Source of the DNA: Octopus vulgaris
Taxonomy: Eukaryota
Length of the DNA stretch: 64,000 bases
NCBI GenBank assembly: GCA_951406725.2
Contig: OX597817.1
Coordinates: 65,410,001 to 65,474,000 of the forward strand
Direction of reading: 5' to 3'
Part shown: piece by piece, positions 1 to 11,777 of the stretch
How the letters are laid out: each line of letters begins with the position of its first letter
Numbering within the stretch: position 1 is the stretch's first letter
Notes under the pieces: model-generated
The model's database searches: none
Told to the model about the DNA's origin: nothing
Seen by the model: the letters and a program-made list of their open reading frames with translations, nothing else
Made by a program: the position numbers and the translations under genes

Positions 1-98
1 GTAACTAGTTACTCCTTGAGTAATTATTACTTCTAAGGTTGTGATAGTTATGAAACATATGTGGATTGGATTTTACCTTGTCCATTCCCTCAATTTGG

Positions 99-145
<47 letters not shown>

Positions 146-679
146 ATATGTATATATATAGTAGAAAAAATGGTAAAAATGAACAGTCAATATTTGCAAT
201 GAAGCAATATATATATATGATACACAAAATATGCAAGTATTAGAAAAGCGATAGATAGGATTGTTAAACGGAATGGACACAGAAAGATAAACGGACACAT
301 TGATATGTGTGTGTGTGTATGTATACATGCATGCATACTTATATTCATATATGTGTGTGTGTGTGATTGTGTGTGTCTGTGTGTTTGTGTGTGTGTGTGT
401 CCGTGCGTTAATCTGAGTGGGGACGAGGGATAAAGGGATGTACATTTATTCATCCATAAAAATTGGTCTGTCGTCGTGTGTGTATGTATGTTAGTGTGTG
501 TATATGGAGAGGTAGAAAACGAGAGAGAGAGAGAGAGAAAGAGAGGGAGAGAGATAAAGAGGCAGAGAAATTTGAGAGAAAGAATCTTGAGAAAATATAA
601 ATCGATTTCACGTCATCCAATCATTATAGATAGATCCATAGATTATTACATGCATAGGGAATAAATAACTGGATAGTCA

Positions 680-744
<65 letters not shown>

Positions 745-845
745 CTACGTATGTATTTATGTATAAATGGATATATATATGTGCATGTTTGTGCATATAC
801 ATACGTATATATACATATGTATATGTATGTATGTATACATATGTG

Positions 846-906
<61 letters not shown>

Positions 907-909
<3 letters not shown>

Positions 910-3900
910 GATTAACTGTTGAACTGGACGGACGTCTATTTGTTTCTCTCCCGAGTCAGTAGCAAGCTACACAGCTTCAAAACTAACTGACCTTAAATAT
1001 ATATATATTTGTAACCACGTGTTTGCCTACAAACCCGTAAGTACGTTTTCATTTAACTACAAATTGTTATATACACCTGTTTTTCTTTTAATATCCTCAA
1101 ACAACCAAATAATCAAAAACTCACACCCTTAAGAGAGAACATTTATATATATATACACTTTAACTCCCAAGAAAGAATATATATATTTTCAAAAATCAAA
1201 AGGAAAACAAACAAAAGAAAAACAAACATGACTAACTTGCAGGCCTGCAACAGACGAAATTGGTCTGATAACGAAATTGATGTTTTAATAAACACATGGC
1301 TCTCTCTTTCCCAAACAGAAAATCTAAATGTCTTGTGTTTGAATGAGATTGCCGAAAAAACATCACAAGTGGTCAACACACGATCCGTCAAACAGATTCG
1401 TAGCAAGTTGAAACATATCGAAGTATCTTTCAAACTGATAAGAGGCCATTATGAAAAGCTTCTACATATTTTCACAGTTCAAGAACAACAACAGCTAGAA
1501 AATCAGCAGCCACAACAACAACAACAGAATGAGCCACTCCTGGTTCCCAACACAATGGCTGACCCTGACATCGGTCAGGCACAACAACAACAACAACAGC
1601 CACAGCAACAAGAACAACAACAGCCACTCCTCAACTCTAGCTTACTAGACGATTCACTAAATGCCAGTATCTTTTCACCGCTCTCACAGCAACCACCACA
1701 ATTATCATCATCATCATCACCACCGCTGCCACCATCGTCTTCTATCACCAAAAATACCAACAGAAAACCAAATAAGAAACCACTGCCCTCTTCCCCCACA
1801 TCACCACCTCAATACTACTGCAGTAACAAAAACTTAAAGAAACATAGGAAGCAGAATGCGCCCCCCACGGCACAAACAAGAAATCCCCAAATATGCCGCT
1901 ATTCACTGCGCCAGAGACTCTGCACAAATAGTGACTGCATCTTCACGCATCTACCTGGCACTAGACGCACTACTGGCCAAGGCCAAAGCACGCATCCCAC
2001 AATAACATCAACACCACCAAATAGTAAATCGAAATTCAAAACACACACAACTCGGAGTCCCAAAATCTGCCGGTATTCCCAACGTGAGAGAACATGTCTA
2101 CTGAGTGACTGTCCCTTCACTCATCTTCCAGGGACCCGACGCACAAACAGAAACGGGGCCTCAAGCCAACACACAAACCTGAATAACAATAAAAATAGAA
2201 ACACACCATGCTGCAGTAATGCTGGTCCAGTCTTTTCAGGAAGACACAAAAACAACAACAACAAAAGTGGAAACTACAACCCTATCCAACAGTGCAACCA
2301 CACCTCCAGCCAAAAACTGCTCCCTAAGCAGGAAAATTCTTTTAGCCATGTTGAACATGGCAAAAGAGATACACAAAAACATTCTAGCCATCACTCAACA
2401 CCATCCTATGCTATTACCCCAGTGCACCAATTCCCCACATTGCTGCCACTAACACACACAAAAAATCCAAGCCCCCTGCAACAGTCAAAACCAGCCACTA
2501 CACTAACCTCCACATTCCTACTCAATGCACAAGGTGTCAGCCCTTCCATCAATGCACAAAAATGGAAGGTCCAATTCATGGAAGACTGGGTTGGTAACCA
2601 TTCACACCACATCCCTTTCTTCATTCTCACTGAGACCCACCTTGACAACTCCCACTTGGAAGCCGAAGTGAGAGTGAAGAATTTCACAACCATCCGCGCG
2701 GATCGTATCGGCAGGAGGAAGGGTGGAACTGCCATTTTCCTGCATGATTCATTTACGGCAGATGGAAATAGTATATTCTCCAACGGCTACTGTGAATCAG
2801 TCACTGTGCACAACAAAGCCAATGATCTGACAGTAATTGGGCTCTATAGGCCGCCCCAAACACCCATACTGTGCTTTAAAGAATGCCTCAACAGCATTAA
2901 GTGCTTTATTCAACAGTGCCATTCTAGCAACATACTCATGATGGGAGACTTCAATCTACCCTGTGTTGACTGGACTACAAACTGTTTGAAACCAAGCACT
3001 CCCGCCTCAACCGCTGACAAAGAAGCAGCAGAGTCACTTTTCGACTTTACGAATGAGTTTTTCTTGTCCCAACTTGTCCTTGCACCAACAAGACATCAGA
3101 ACATTTTGGACCTAGTGTTTAGTAACCACACTAACACTATACATAACGTTACAGTGGAAAAAACCCTTCTTTCAGACCATGACATGGTTCTCTGTAACAT
3201 GAAATTCCACCAGCCGAAAGCTAATCCTAGTGACCTTCCTCCAGCCCACCCATTTGACAACATGGATCTCCATAAAGCCAACTGGGATGCAATCAGGAAC
3301 GAGCTATCAAATGTTGACTGGTCCTTTACACATACACACATCTCCACCAACCATAAAACATCTTGGCAGATCTTTGTAGACACCGTCACAGACATATGTG
3401 CAAAACACTCCCCACCAAGACCTGTGAACAAAAAGTGCAGAATCCCCCAAAACAGAAAAACCATTATCAGAAAAATAAAAAGAACAAACAAAAAAATTAA
3501 CAAACTAAAGTACTGCCAACAGCAACACACACATTCAACGGCTATCGCACTGCTTGAATCCAAAAAATATAACCTCCAACAATGCATGAAGTCCCTCATC
3601 AATAACCAAAGATCAGCTGAGGAGAAGTGGGCCATTGAAAAAATCAAACTCAACCCCAAAGTGTTCTTTTCATTTGCGAGGAAACGCAGGGTCACTGTCT
3701 CCACTGTAGGCCCTCTAATTGACGAAACTGGCACTCTCCAAGATAATGCCAAATCCATGGCCGAGATACTGCAGAAACAATACTGCTCTGTTTTCAGCAA
3801 TCCTGATATGACCGATCTGGGCTGTATCAGTGATGTCAACCCCCAACACACTATATCGGACATAACGTTTAGTGCCCCTGATGTCTTAGCGGCGATAAAC

Positions 3901-5276
3901 GAAATAAAACACAATTCAGCAGTAGGCCCCGATAGGTTCCCTGCTTGTGTCCTGAAGGTGTGTCGACACCAACTTGCATCTCCCCTTGCTAATCTGTGGA
4001 GAAACTCACTGGATGCTGGCTATATTCCAAAAAACCTTCTGTCCCAGTCTGTTGTCCCAGTTTTCAAAAAGGGAAACAAGTCCCTTGCAGTGAATTACCG
4101 TCCGATCTCACTCACCTCTCATATCATCAAGGTATTTGAGAGGGTGGTGAGATCTCAAATAACCCAATTTCTGGAAAGCAACAGACGGCTGATCTCCAAC
4201 CAACATGGGTTCCGTAATGGAAGGGACTGCCTAACGCAGCTCCTGCATCACTTTGAGGACATTTTGAGAGCTTTGGGAGAGGGCTCCAACACCGATGTCA
4301 TCTACCTTGATTTCAGTAAGGCCTTCGACAGGGTCGATCACAAGATCCTATTGAAAAAACTATCCAACATTGGTGTCTCTGGAAAGTTACTGAAATGGAT
4401 TAAGTGTTTCCTGACAGACAGATCTCAACATGTTGTAGTTGAAGGGGTAAAATCAAGCCCAGCCAAAGTCAGTAGTGGCGTTCCGCAAGGCACTGTGCTG
4501 GGCCCACTTCTTTTCATCATTTACATTAATGACATTAATGACATCATCAAGCACAGCAACATAAAAATCTTTGCAGATGACTCCAAGCTACAGAAGGTCA
4601 TAAATGAGGCGAGTGACCGGACATGCCTTCAGTCAGATCTACTGGCTGTTATCCAATGGGCAGAAAAAAACAATATGCTGCTGAACGAGGATAAATTTGA
4701 GCTAATCCACTTTGGAAAAGAGGATGCCCTGAAACTCCCATACTCCCTTCCTTCAGGTGAAACTCTCGCGGCGTCCAACAACATCAGAGACTTGGGAGTA
4801 ATTGTGGACAACAACGTAAGCTGGGCCACTCATATAAACACCAAAGTTGACATGGCCCGCAGAATGTGTTCCTGGATTCTCAGAACTTTCCAGTCGAGAG
4901 ATATCCACACCATTATCCTTCTCTTCTCCACTTTTGCCCGACCCCACCTTGAATACTGTTGTCCACTGTGGTCTCCCCACACAATACAAGGTATCATAAA
5001 AGTCGAAGCACCTCAAAGGGCAATCACAAAAAAGATAGATGGCATGACAGGCCTCGACTATTGGGGTCGACTAGAAAAGCTAAAACTCTATTCTCTCCAA
5101 CGTCGTCGTGAGCGCTACATCATCTGCATGATGTGGAAAATATTCCATCAGCATTGCCCAAATGATGTTGGCATCACCTTTAAGGTACATCCAAGGCTTG
5201 GGCCCCGTGCCATCCGCCCAAAACAAAAATCGCACTCTCATCTCATAACAACAATACGGCACAATTATTTCACCTA
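907..5276 (+). mobile_element. CR1-clade non-LTR retrotransposon (LINE), 5' end apparently present, 3' end missing, flanked by (TA)n
   Basis: Unique sequence starts right after (TA)n at about 907, with an ~320 bp leader and then a long APE+RT ORF. Homology stops abruptly at about 5276, where (TA)n/(CA)n resumes. Confidence 0.93.
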
Positions 5277-5304
5277 TAACATACATATGTATATGTATGC
5301 ATAC

Positions 5305-5344
<40 letters not shown>

Positions 5345-5362
5345 AAGTATCAAAGTATCAAA

Positions 5363-5435
<73 letters not shown>

Positions 5436-5464
5436 TATATGCATGAATACACGCACACACACAC

Positions 5465-5519
<55 letters not shown>

Positions 5520-5532
5520 CAAGATGAGGTAG
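1228..5532 (+). CDS. LINE polyprotein: Myb/SANT-like domain, Q/P/S-rich linker, 2x CCCH zinc finger, APE endonuclease, reverse transcriptase (the last ~85 codons are microsatellite read-through)
   Basis: APE motifs LNAQG, LTETHL, RADR..GG, YRPP, GDFNLP, PTR..NILDL, SDH. RT motifs [44 protein letters not shown]1-type C-terminus [13 protein letters not shown]...[11 protein letters not shown]. No internal stop. Confidence 0.93.
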
Positions 5533-5689
5533 GGACCGGGAGAATCAATGAATGAGAAGGAAAAGGAGAAAGAGAAAGAAATCAGTCATTCGCAAGATAG
5601 ACTGATTGTTGGCTATCTAAATAACTGGCTATTAACGCTCGAATAAATAATAAATAAACGTACAAATAAATAAATATATATAAAAAAAA

Positions 5690-5716
5690 ATAATAGTAGT
5701 AGTAGTAGTAGTAATG

Positions 5717-5766
<50 letters not shown>

Positions 5767-5820
5767 TGTTTGTTTGTTTGTTTGTTTGTTTGTTTGTTTG
5801 TTTGTTTGTTTGTTTGTTTG
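5690..5820. repeat. Compound (TAG/TAA)n + (TTTG)n microsatellite
   Basis: Directly visible. Confidence 0.95.
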
Positions 5821-6799
5821 ATTTACAAAATATGCACGTTTATAAGAAAAGTATAAATAAAACTCAAAAAGAGATCATAGATTTGTATCCCTCTAGTCTC
5901 ATTTATCCTACACGCACACAAACAGACAGACATACACACACACACACACTGTTTTTACAACCGTAGTTCAACGACATGGAACACTTAAGATGAAACTCTT
6001 CCAAATATAGAGAAGTAGAATGAAACATTAACCAATCATGGAAAAATAATAGATAAAGTCTTCATGAATTTTTGCTCAAAGTAACTGAACCTTACACACA
6101 AAATTGATGAATCAGGCATCGCAATGTCTAATAAAGACAACATAGACAAATGATGATCTGTTTTAAATTTGAAGACAGGCTGTTGTTTTCGTTAGTGTTC
6201 AACCCAATATCAACGTTGATCGTTTTCTTTTCGGACATCGATGTTGAGACAAACATTTCCGCTTTGTTTAGAAAGTCCGAGAGACCAAATTTGAACGAAC
6301 ACCGTGTGTTGCGATCCATTGACATTTTGAACGAAACCCTGTGTTTTTAACACGCATGTCTCTGAGACATTTTCCTGGCGAGAAAATATAACAGTGAAGG
6401 CGTTCCACGTATTCATATGCACATTATAAGTCTTATACCCACCAATATTTTAATCCACGGCTGTTTCAAGAGCATATATTAATATAATGCTAGACGTATA
6501 TTAATATTTTAGATATGGTTCACCAAAAAGTGGGTGAGTCATTATGATTAAAGATACAGAATTCATGACCATTTGGTTTTTTTCACCAGGCTGTGTAGCT
6601 CGGACTAAACCACACTTATATGTGTCGTACTTCAAGATGGTACAACACAGCTTAAATATAATTTGGCCGTTATTTCTTGCCGTTTCAGGAACTACTTAGA
6701 AGCTTCTTTCATTGGCTCATGATCTATCAGCTATTGTTTAACAGAAGATAGCTTGGACTTCCGAAAGCTTGGGTTTCCGTAACGCTCAATCCTCTCACA

Positions 6800-6974
6800 A
6801 GACAACCGATGGTGGTGTGTTTATGTCCCCGTAATTGAGCGGTTCGGCAAAAGAGACCGATAGAATACGTACTAGGCTTACAAAGAATAAGTTCTGGGGT
6901 CGATTTGCTCGACTAAAGGCGGTGCTCCAGAATGGCGGCAGTTAACTGACTGAAACAAGTAAAAGAATAAAATA

Positions 6975-6975
<1 letters not shown>
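6800..6975 (+). mobile_element. SINE 3' half (family with the ...GGTGCTCCAGCATGGCCGCAG..TGACTGAAACAAGTAAAAGAATAAAA tail)
   Basis: The same tail recurs at about 19540-19720, 20415-20480, 22800-22980(-), 24650-24830(-), 27760-27930(-) and 54143-54350(-). Confidence 0.7.
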
Positions 6976-7028
<53 letters not shown>

Positions 7029-7739
7029 GCATGTATGTTGTGTGTGGGGGCATATGTAAACACATATATGTACATACACATGCAAACATGAAATACATGC
7101 AAATGCAAACGCACGTCTGCCCCATAAGGCATGCCTCCTCTTGCACCAGTATTGTGTATATAAGATTCAATTACATAATCTCTAGCCATATGTGTATCCC
7201 TTTAGGATGCATCAATAATGATAAGACTTAAATCGGAAATCTCTCTCTCTCTCTCTCGCTCTGTTTCTATCTTTGCGTTGTCAGGTGTGTGGCTCATCTT
7301 ATCTCTTCCTGTTTGTGTGGAGTCACCTATTATCATCATCAACACTATTATCTCAACCATTATTATCATCTACATCATCATTATGATCATCCTCAGCCTC
7401 ATCATTGCTGTCGGTTCCGTCTTATATGCTTCTCGTCGCCTCCATCGGCTTCTGTTTTTTTCTTCCGCATTTTCCTCCGATCCACCTCTTTCTCCTTCCC
7501 CCGTCGCAGGACAACTCCTTTACGACGGTTACGTGTTCACAACACACTCGATTTCTTGTTGAGAGATTCTGGGACACCAATGTGTCTTGCCAGTCAAAGT
7601 GCCTAGACGAATTAATGACCATGCTTCAATGACCTTGCTGATTTGCAATAAAATATATGCATACATACATACATATATGTACGTACCTACATCTACATGT
7701 ATATATACGTAAGTAGAGGACATCACAAATAGACGCAGA

Positions 7740-8010
7740 ACTCAACGAGAACGAAAACGTAAAAATAAGCATGGAACGAATCTTTTTTTACAAAGAAAAA
7801 ACAGAGTACTAGACAAACTACACAAGGAAAAATCCCCTTCATCAGCTGTCCCTAGTTCAACTCCAGCGTGTTTCGAAGGTGAGGACAGAACATGACTCAT
7901 CGAACTAGCCCTTCCTGCGAAGAAATTAAAGGAAATTACTTCGCAGAGGGGTAAAAACAAGGAAAGAACAAAATGTGACACAAACAGGACGTAAAAACGA
8001 TACAAATAAA
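7740..8010 (-). mobile_element. Short dispersed repeat carrying degenerate hammerhead-like motifs (probably a Penelope-derived non-autonomous element)
   Basis: Minus strand reads CCTTCGAAAC...GACAGCTGATGAAGGGG followed by a T-rich tail. Similar segments occur at about 9270-9400(+) and 10620-10810(-). Confidence 0.45.
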
Positions 8011-8288
8011 ATTACAAAATAAAATACAAAATAAAATACAAAATAAAATACAAAATAAAATACAAAATAAAAATACAATTACAAAAAAATACAATTACAA
8101 AAAAATACAATACAAGAAATAAAATATATATATAGACACATATTTAAGTCACAATGTATGGATTCAAATAATCTGGTCGTACTCATAAAAAAGCTCTTTA
8201 ATGTATCATTCTACAAAGATATGCTGAATATATAGTACAAAGACGTGCTGAAGAGAAAACGATAAGGAGTGTGTGAAGTTATAAATAA

Positions 8289-8639
8289 AGAGAAATAGTT
8301 TGATAATATTTTATTTAACAATGAGAAAATTCTAATATCACGAGGAATTGTTTCGCAACTTAAAAACATGTAAATAATTTATATTACTATATTTAATAAT
8401 AAATAAACGACTTACAAGCCTGCATTAATGCAAAATGCAAAAAAAAAAAAAAAATCCTTCAAAATAATGAATTATTTCGAAGGAGTTTTTTGGATTTTGC
8501 ATTAATGCAGGCATATAAGTTATTTATTATCAAATATAATAGTATGAATATTATTTACATGTTTGTAAGTTACGAAACAGTCCCTCGTGATATTAGAATT
8601 TTCTCACTGTTAAATAAAATTTCATCAAACTATTTCTCT
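8289..8639. repeat. ~350 bp imperfect fold-back palindrome
   Basis: AGAGAAATAGTTTGAT...GCCTGCATTAATGCAAAAT..CCTTC pairs with GAAGG..ATTTTGCATTAATGCAGGC...ATCAAACTATTTCTCT. Confidence 0.9.
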
Positions 8640-8652
8640 GTCATTTGTTGAC

Positions 8653-8686
<34 letters not shown>

Positions 8687-8719
8687 CATATGTGTAATAT
8701 ATAATATATATAATATATA

Positions 8720-8790
<71 letters not shown>

Positions 8791-8906
8791 TTACACGCAC
8801 ACATATATTTATATATATGTATGTATAGTGTACCGTTCTGTGATGGTAAGACCAACAAGAAAAGCATTCCATCTGGTGAGAAATAAATATCATTTAATAA
8901 ACACAA

Positions 8907-9149
8907 CATATGCTTTTATGCGCTACAATTAGTTTCATGTGCTGAAGCATGCCAGACAATATTTATAACATGTCTGGTGTTTTAGCACAATCATTAGACA
9001 CTGCCTACATGGTGCGATCTGCCCTATTTTTGATTCATTATGCCATGTGGGCAGTGGATGATGATTGTGCTAAGACATCAGATGTATTAAAGAATACTGT
9101 CTAGCATGCTCTCAGCACATGAAATTTATAGTAGCACATGAAATCATAT
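8907..9149. repeat. ~240 bp fold-back made of two inverted degenerate hammerhead copies
   Basis: Left arm (minus): gtgt-CTAATGA-ttgtgct...agcacat-GAAAC-taatt-GTA-gcgc. Right arm (plus): aTGATGA-ttgtgct...agcacat-GAAA-tttata-GTA-gcac. Confidence 0.8.
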
Positions 9150-9479
9150 ACACTCAATTTTTTTTATAGGGGATACTTTCCAGAGACTACCGTGTGGAAA
9201 AATATGCAGTGTACATATGAAAATTAGAGCTAGGTTCCATCCAAATATATTTAATTAAAAAATGTTAAGACAACCAACAACTGATGAAGGATCCTTTCTC
9301 TGTGTTTATTTGTCCTGTTGACCATTTTTTCTCGTTGTTTATCTATTTCACTCGTTTGTTTACGTATTTCATGTTATTTGAACAGTTGGTGACGTTCTGT
9401 ACCCGTATACGCATGTATATATGCAATTTTATATTCTTTATGCAAAACCTAATTCAGAAACGCGCGTCCATGGATAACC

Positions 9480-9544
<65 letters not shown>

Positions 9545-9559
9545 AATCATTCAGGCATT

Positions 9560-10187
9560 TGGTTATCAGACGCTTTGATTTTGTTTTTGTTAGTTCTTTA
9601 TATAATTCTTCGCTCCAAAAAGTGTTCATTCGTGAGACCTGACAGTAAAGAAGACCACACATTCACTCTCTGCGCGCGATTAGACAAAAAAAATTTGTGA
9701 GAAACCCATTGACCTAATTTGCTGACATTTACTATGGCACACAGGTGTCAATGAATAGTTGAATGATCAAATCCAAGTTTCTCTACTAGTTCCTCAACAG
9801 TTACGATGGGACTTTATTATACTAGGTTTTGCAGGACGTCTTCTAGACTGTAGTGTCCGGCTCGGAATTTCTAGAACCACCGTTGACACTGTCTTATGCT
9901 TATTGTCCCATCTCCATATACTGCATTGATATTGCTCGCACTTTCCGTGCGTTGTTGTTTTTATATAACTCATTAGGCAAAATATGCCGAATATGGTCCT
10001 TTGTCACTTCCGTTATAGTTTTGAATAACTGTTAAAATCGAACTCCAGTCTTTAAAACTTGGACTAAGAATAAGGATAAGGTAAAATTACTACCTGCTTT
10101 TATAGCAAGTTGATGTAGGTAGTTTATCCCGTCCTCCGACTTTTGGTTCATGCAATTGAAAAACCGCATTATTTATGGGATGACCCG

Positions 10188-10188
<1 letters not shown>
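9560..10188 (-). mobile_element. Degenerate mariner (Tc1/mariner) element, 5' part with TIR
   Basis: TIR-like TCGGGTCATCCCATAAATAATGCGG on the minus strand next to TA repeats. The body is similar to the transposase HTH fragment at 49885-50220. Confidence 0.7.
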
Positions 10189-10236
<48 letters not shown>

Positions 10237-10397
10237 AGTAATTGAATGAATTATCTTATTAAGGATAATTCGAAAGATAACCGATACCTGGGTAGCAAAT
10301 TCACATCAGAAAGAACACGGTTGAAGCTACGTCGCTAGGGCATAGACTACGTGTCTTCGTGCGGAAATTTGTATGTTTATTTTAAAATTATAAGTAT

Positions 10398-10524
10398 ATG
10401 AAAGAATGGAGTTGAACGACTAGTTAACAAATATCCTTTATTCTCGACATATGTTTCGAAGGCTGAAACATATGTCGAGAATAAAGGATATTTGTTAACT
10501 AGTCGTTCAACTCCATTCTTTCAT
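10398..10524. repeat. Perfect 60 bp inverted repeat with 7 nt loop
   Basis: 10398-10457 is the exact reverse complement of 10465-10524. Loop GAAGGCT. The arms begin with GAAAC-ATAT-GTC. Confidence 0.95.
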
Positions 10525-10525
10525 C

Positions 10526-10606
<81 letters not shown>

Positions 10607-11259
10607 TATTTACATGCATATATTGGTACAGGACGTCACCAGCAGCAAACAACATAAAATACGAAAACAAATGAGTTCAATATGCAAACAACGTGTGAAA
10701 CAAATGGAAAAACAGAAGTAACATAAAAAACGACCCTTCATCAGTTGTCGGCTGTCTAGTTACTCCTCATTTTGAGCATTGAACGACAATATGTCTTCGT
10801 AGACAGTTGCTCCCAAAATTCCCAAAATAAAATTTGGGATTTATGGAGGATTAAAGTTGGGAACATAAACAGGGTAGTGGATACAAAGAAGGAAACCGAT
10901 CGAAAACAAACATGGAGGGTCGTTAGACCAGAACGAGTGTAAAATAGCGAACGCTGGAGAAGTATCTTCTTTGACGAGAGAAAAGATAGAAGAGAGATAG
11001 TCCTGAAAGAAAAGAAAGACGGACGATGATCACGTGTGAGCAACGAAAGACAGAACAGGAGAAAGAGGGGAAGGGAGAGAACAGGAGAAAGAGGGAGAGA
11101 GAGACAGATAGAAAGCGATGAAGGGGAGAAAACAGATAGAAAACGGTGAAGAGAAAGGATGAGAGAGAAAGCGATGGGGGAGAAAAACAGTATAGAATAG
11201 AGTCGCATCAAAAAAATTAAGATAAACTTACTTGGAACTGAATGCGTGGTGTTCAATCA

Positions 11260-11311
<52 letters not shown>

Positions 11312-11425
11312 TATATATATATATATATCCATATATGCGTGTGTATATGTATATATATATTATTTATATTATTTGATTGAACGCCACGAATCCATTTCCA
11401 AGTAAGCTTATATATATATATGTGT

Positions 11426-11458
<33 letters not shown>

Positions 11459-11694
11459 CTCTCTCCCTCACACACACATATATATTGTACGTTCTCGGCG
11501 CCAATATTACCTGTAAACTAATTTTAATAGGTGAGTTGAAATAATATAGTCGTTTGATCTCAACGCTTCTCGCTCACGCGTTAAAGCCACTCCTAATGTT
11601 CTATAAATTCGAATTCTGTTTTTCAAAATACTACTCATCCAACAATGCTGGTTCGATTCGTCGCGATCAATATTTTATTTTACCTGTTCAAAAT

Positions 11695-11777
11695 ATTTCC
11701 TGAGGATGATGGATTATTTATTATGATATAATCTATGAATACCTCAATAAAATTTTACAGAAACAGTTGTCGTAAAT
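11695..11777 (+). ncRNA. Degenerate type I hammerhead ribozyme motif (Penelope-type)
   Basis: atttc-CTGAGGA-tg..(long loop)..ca-GAAAC-agtt-GTC-gtaaat. Confidence 0.55.

Noticed and set aside
3096-3914. 272 aa minus-strand ORF
   Set aside because: Antisense shadow of the LINE ORF with no independent motifs
6128-6422. Short overlapping ORFs in unique sequence (MSMDRNTRCSF...)
   Set aside because: No recognisable domain and no convincing splice structure
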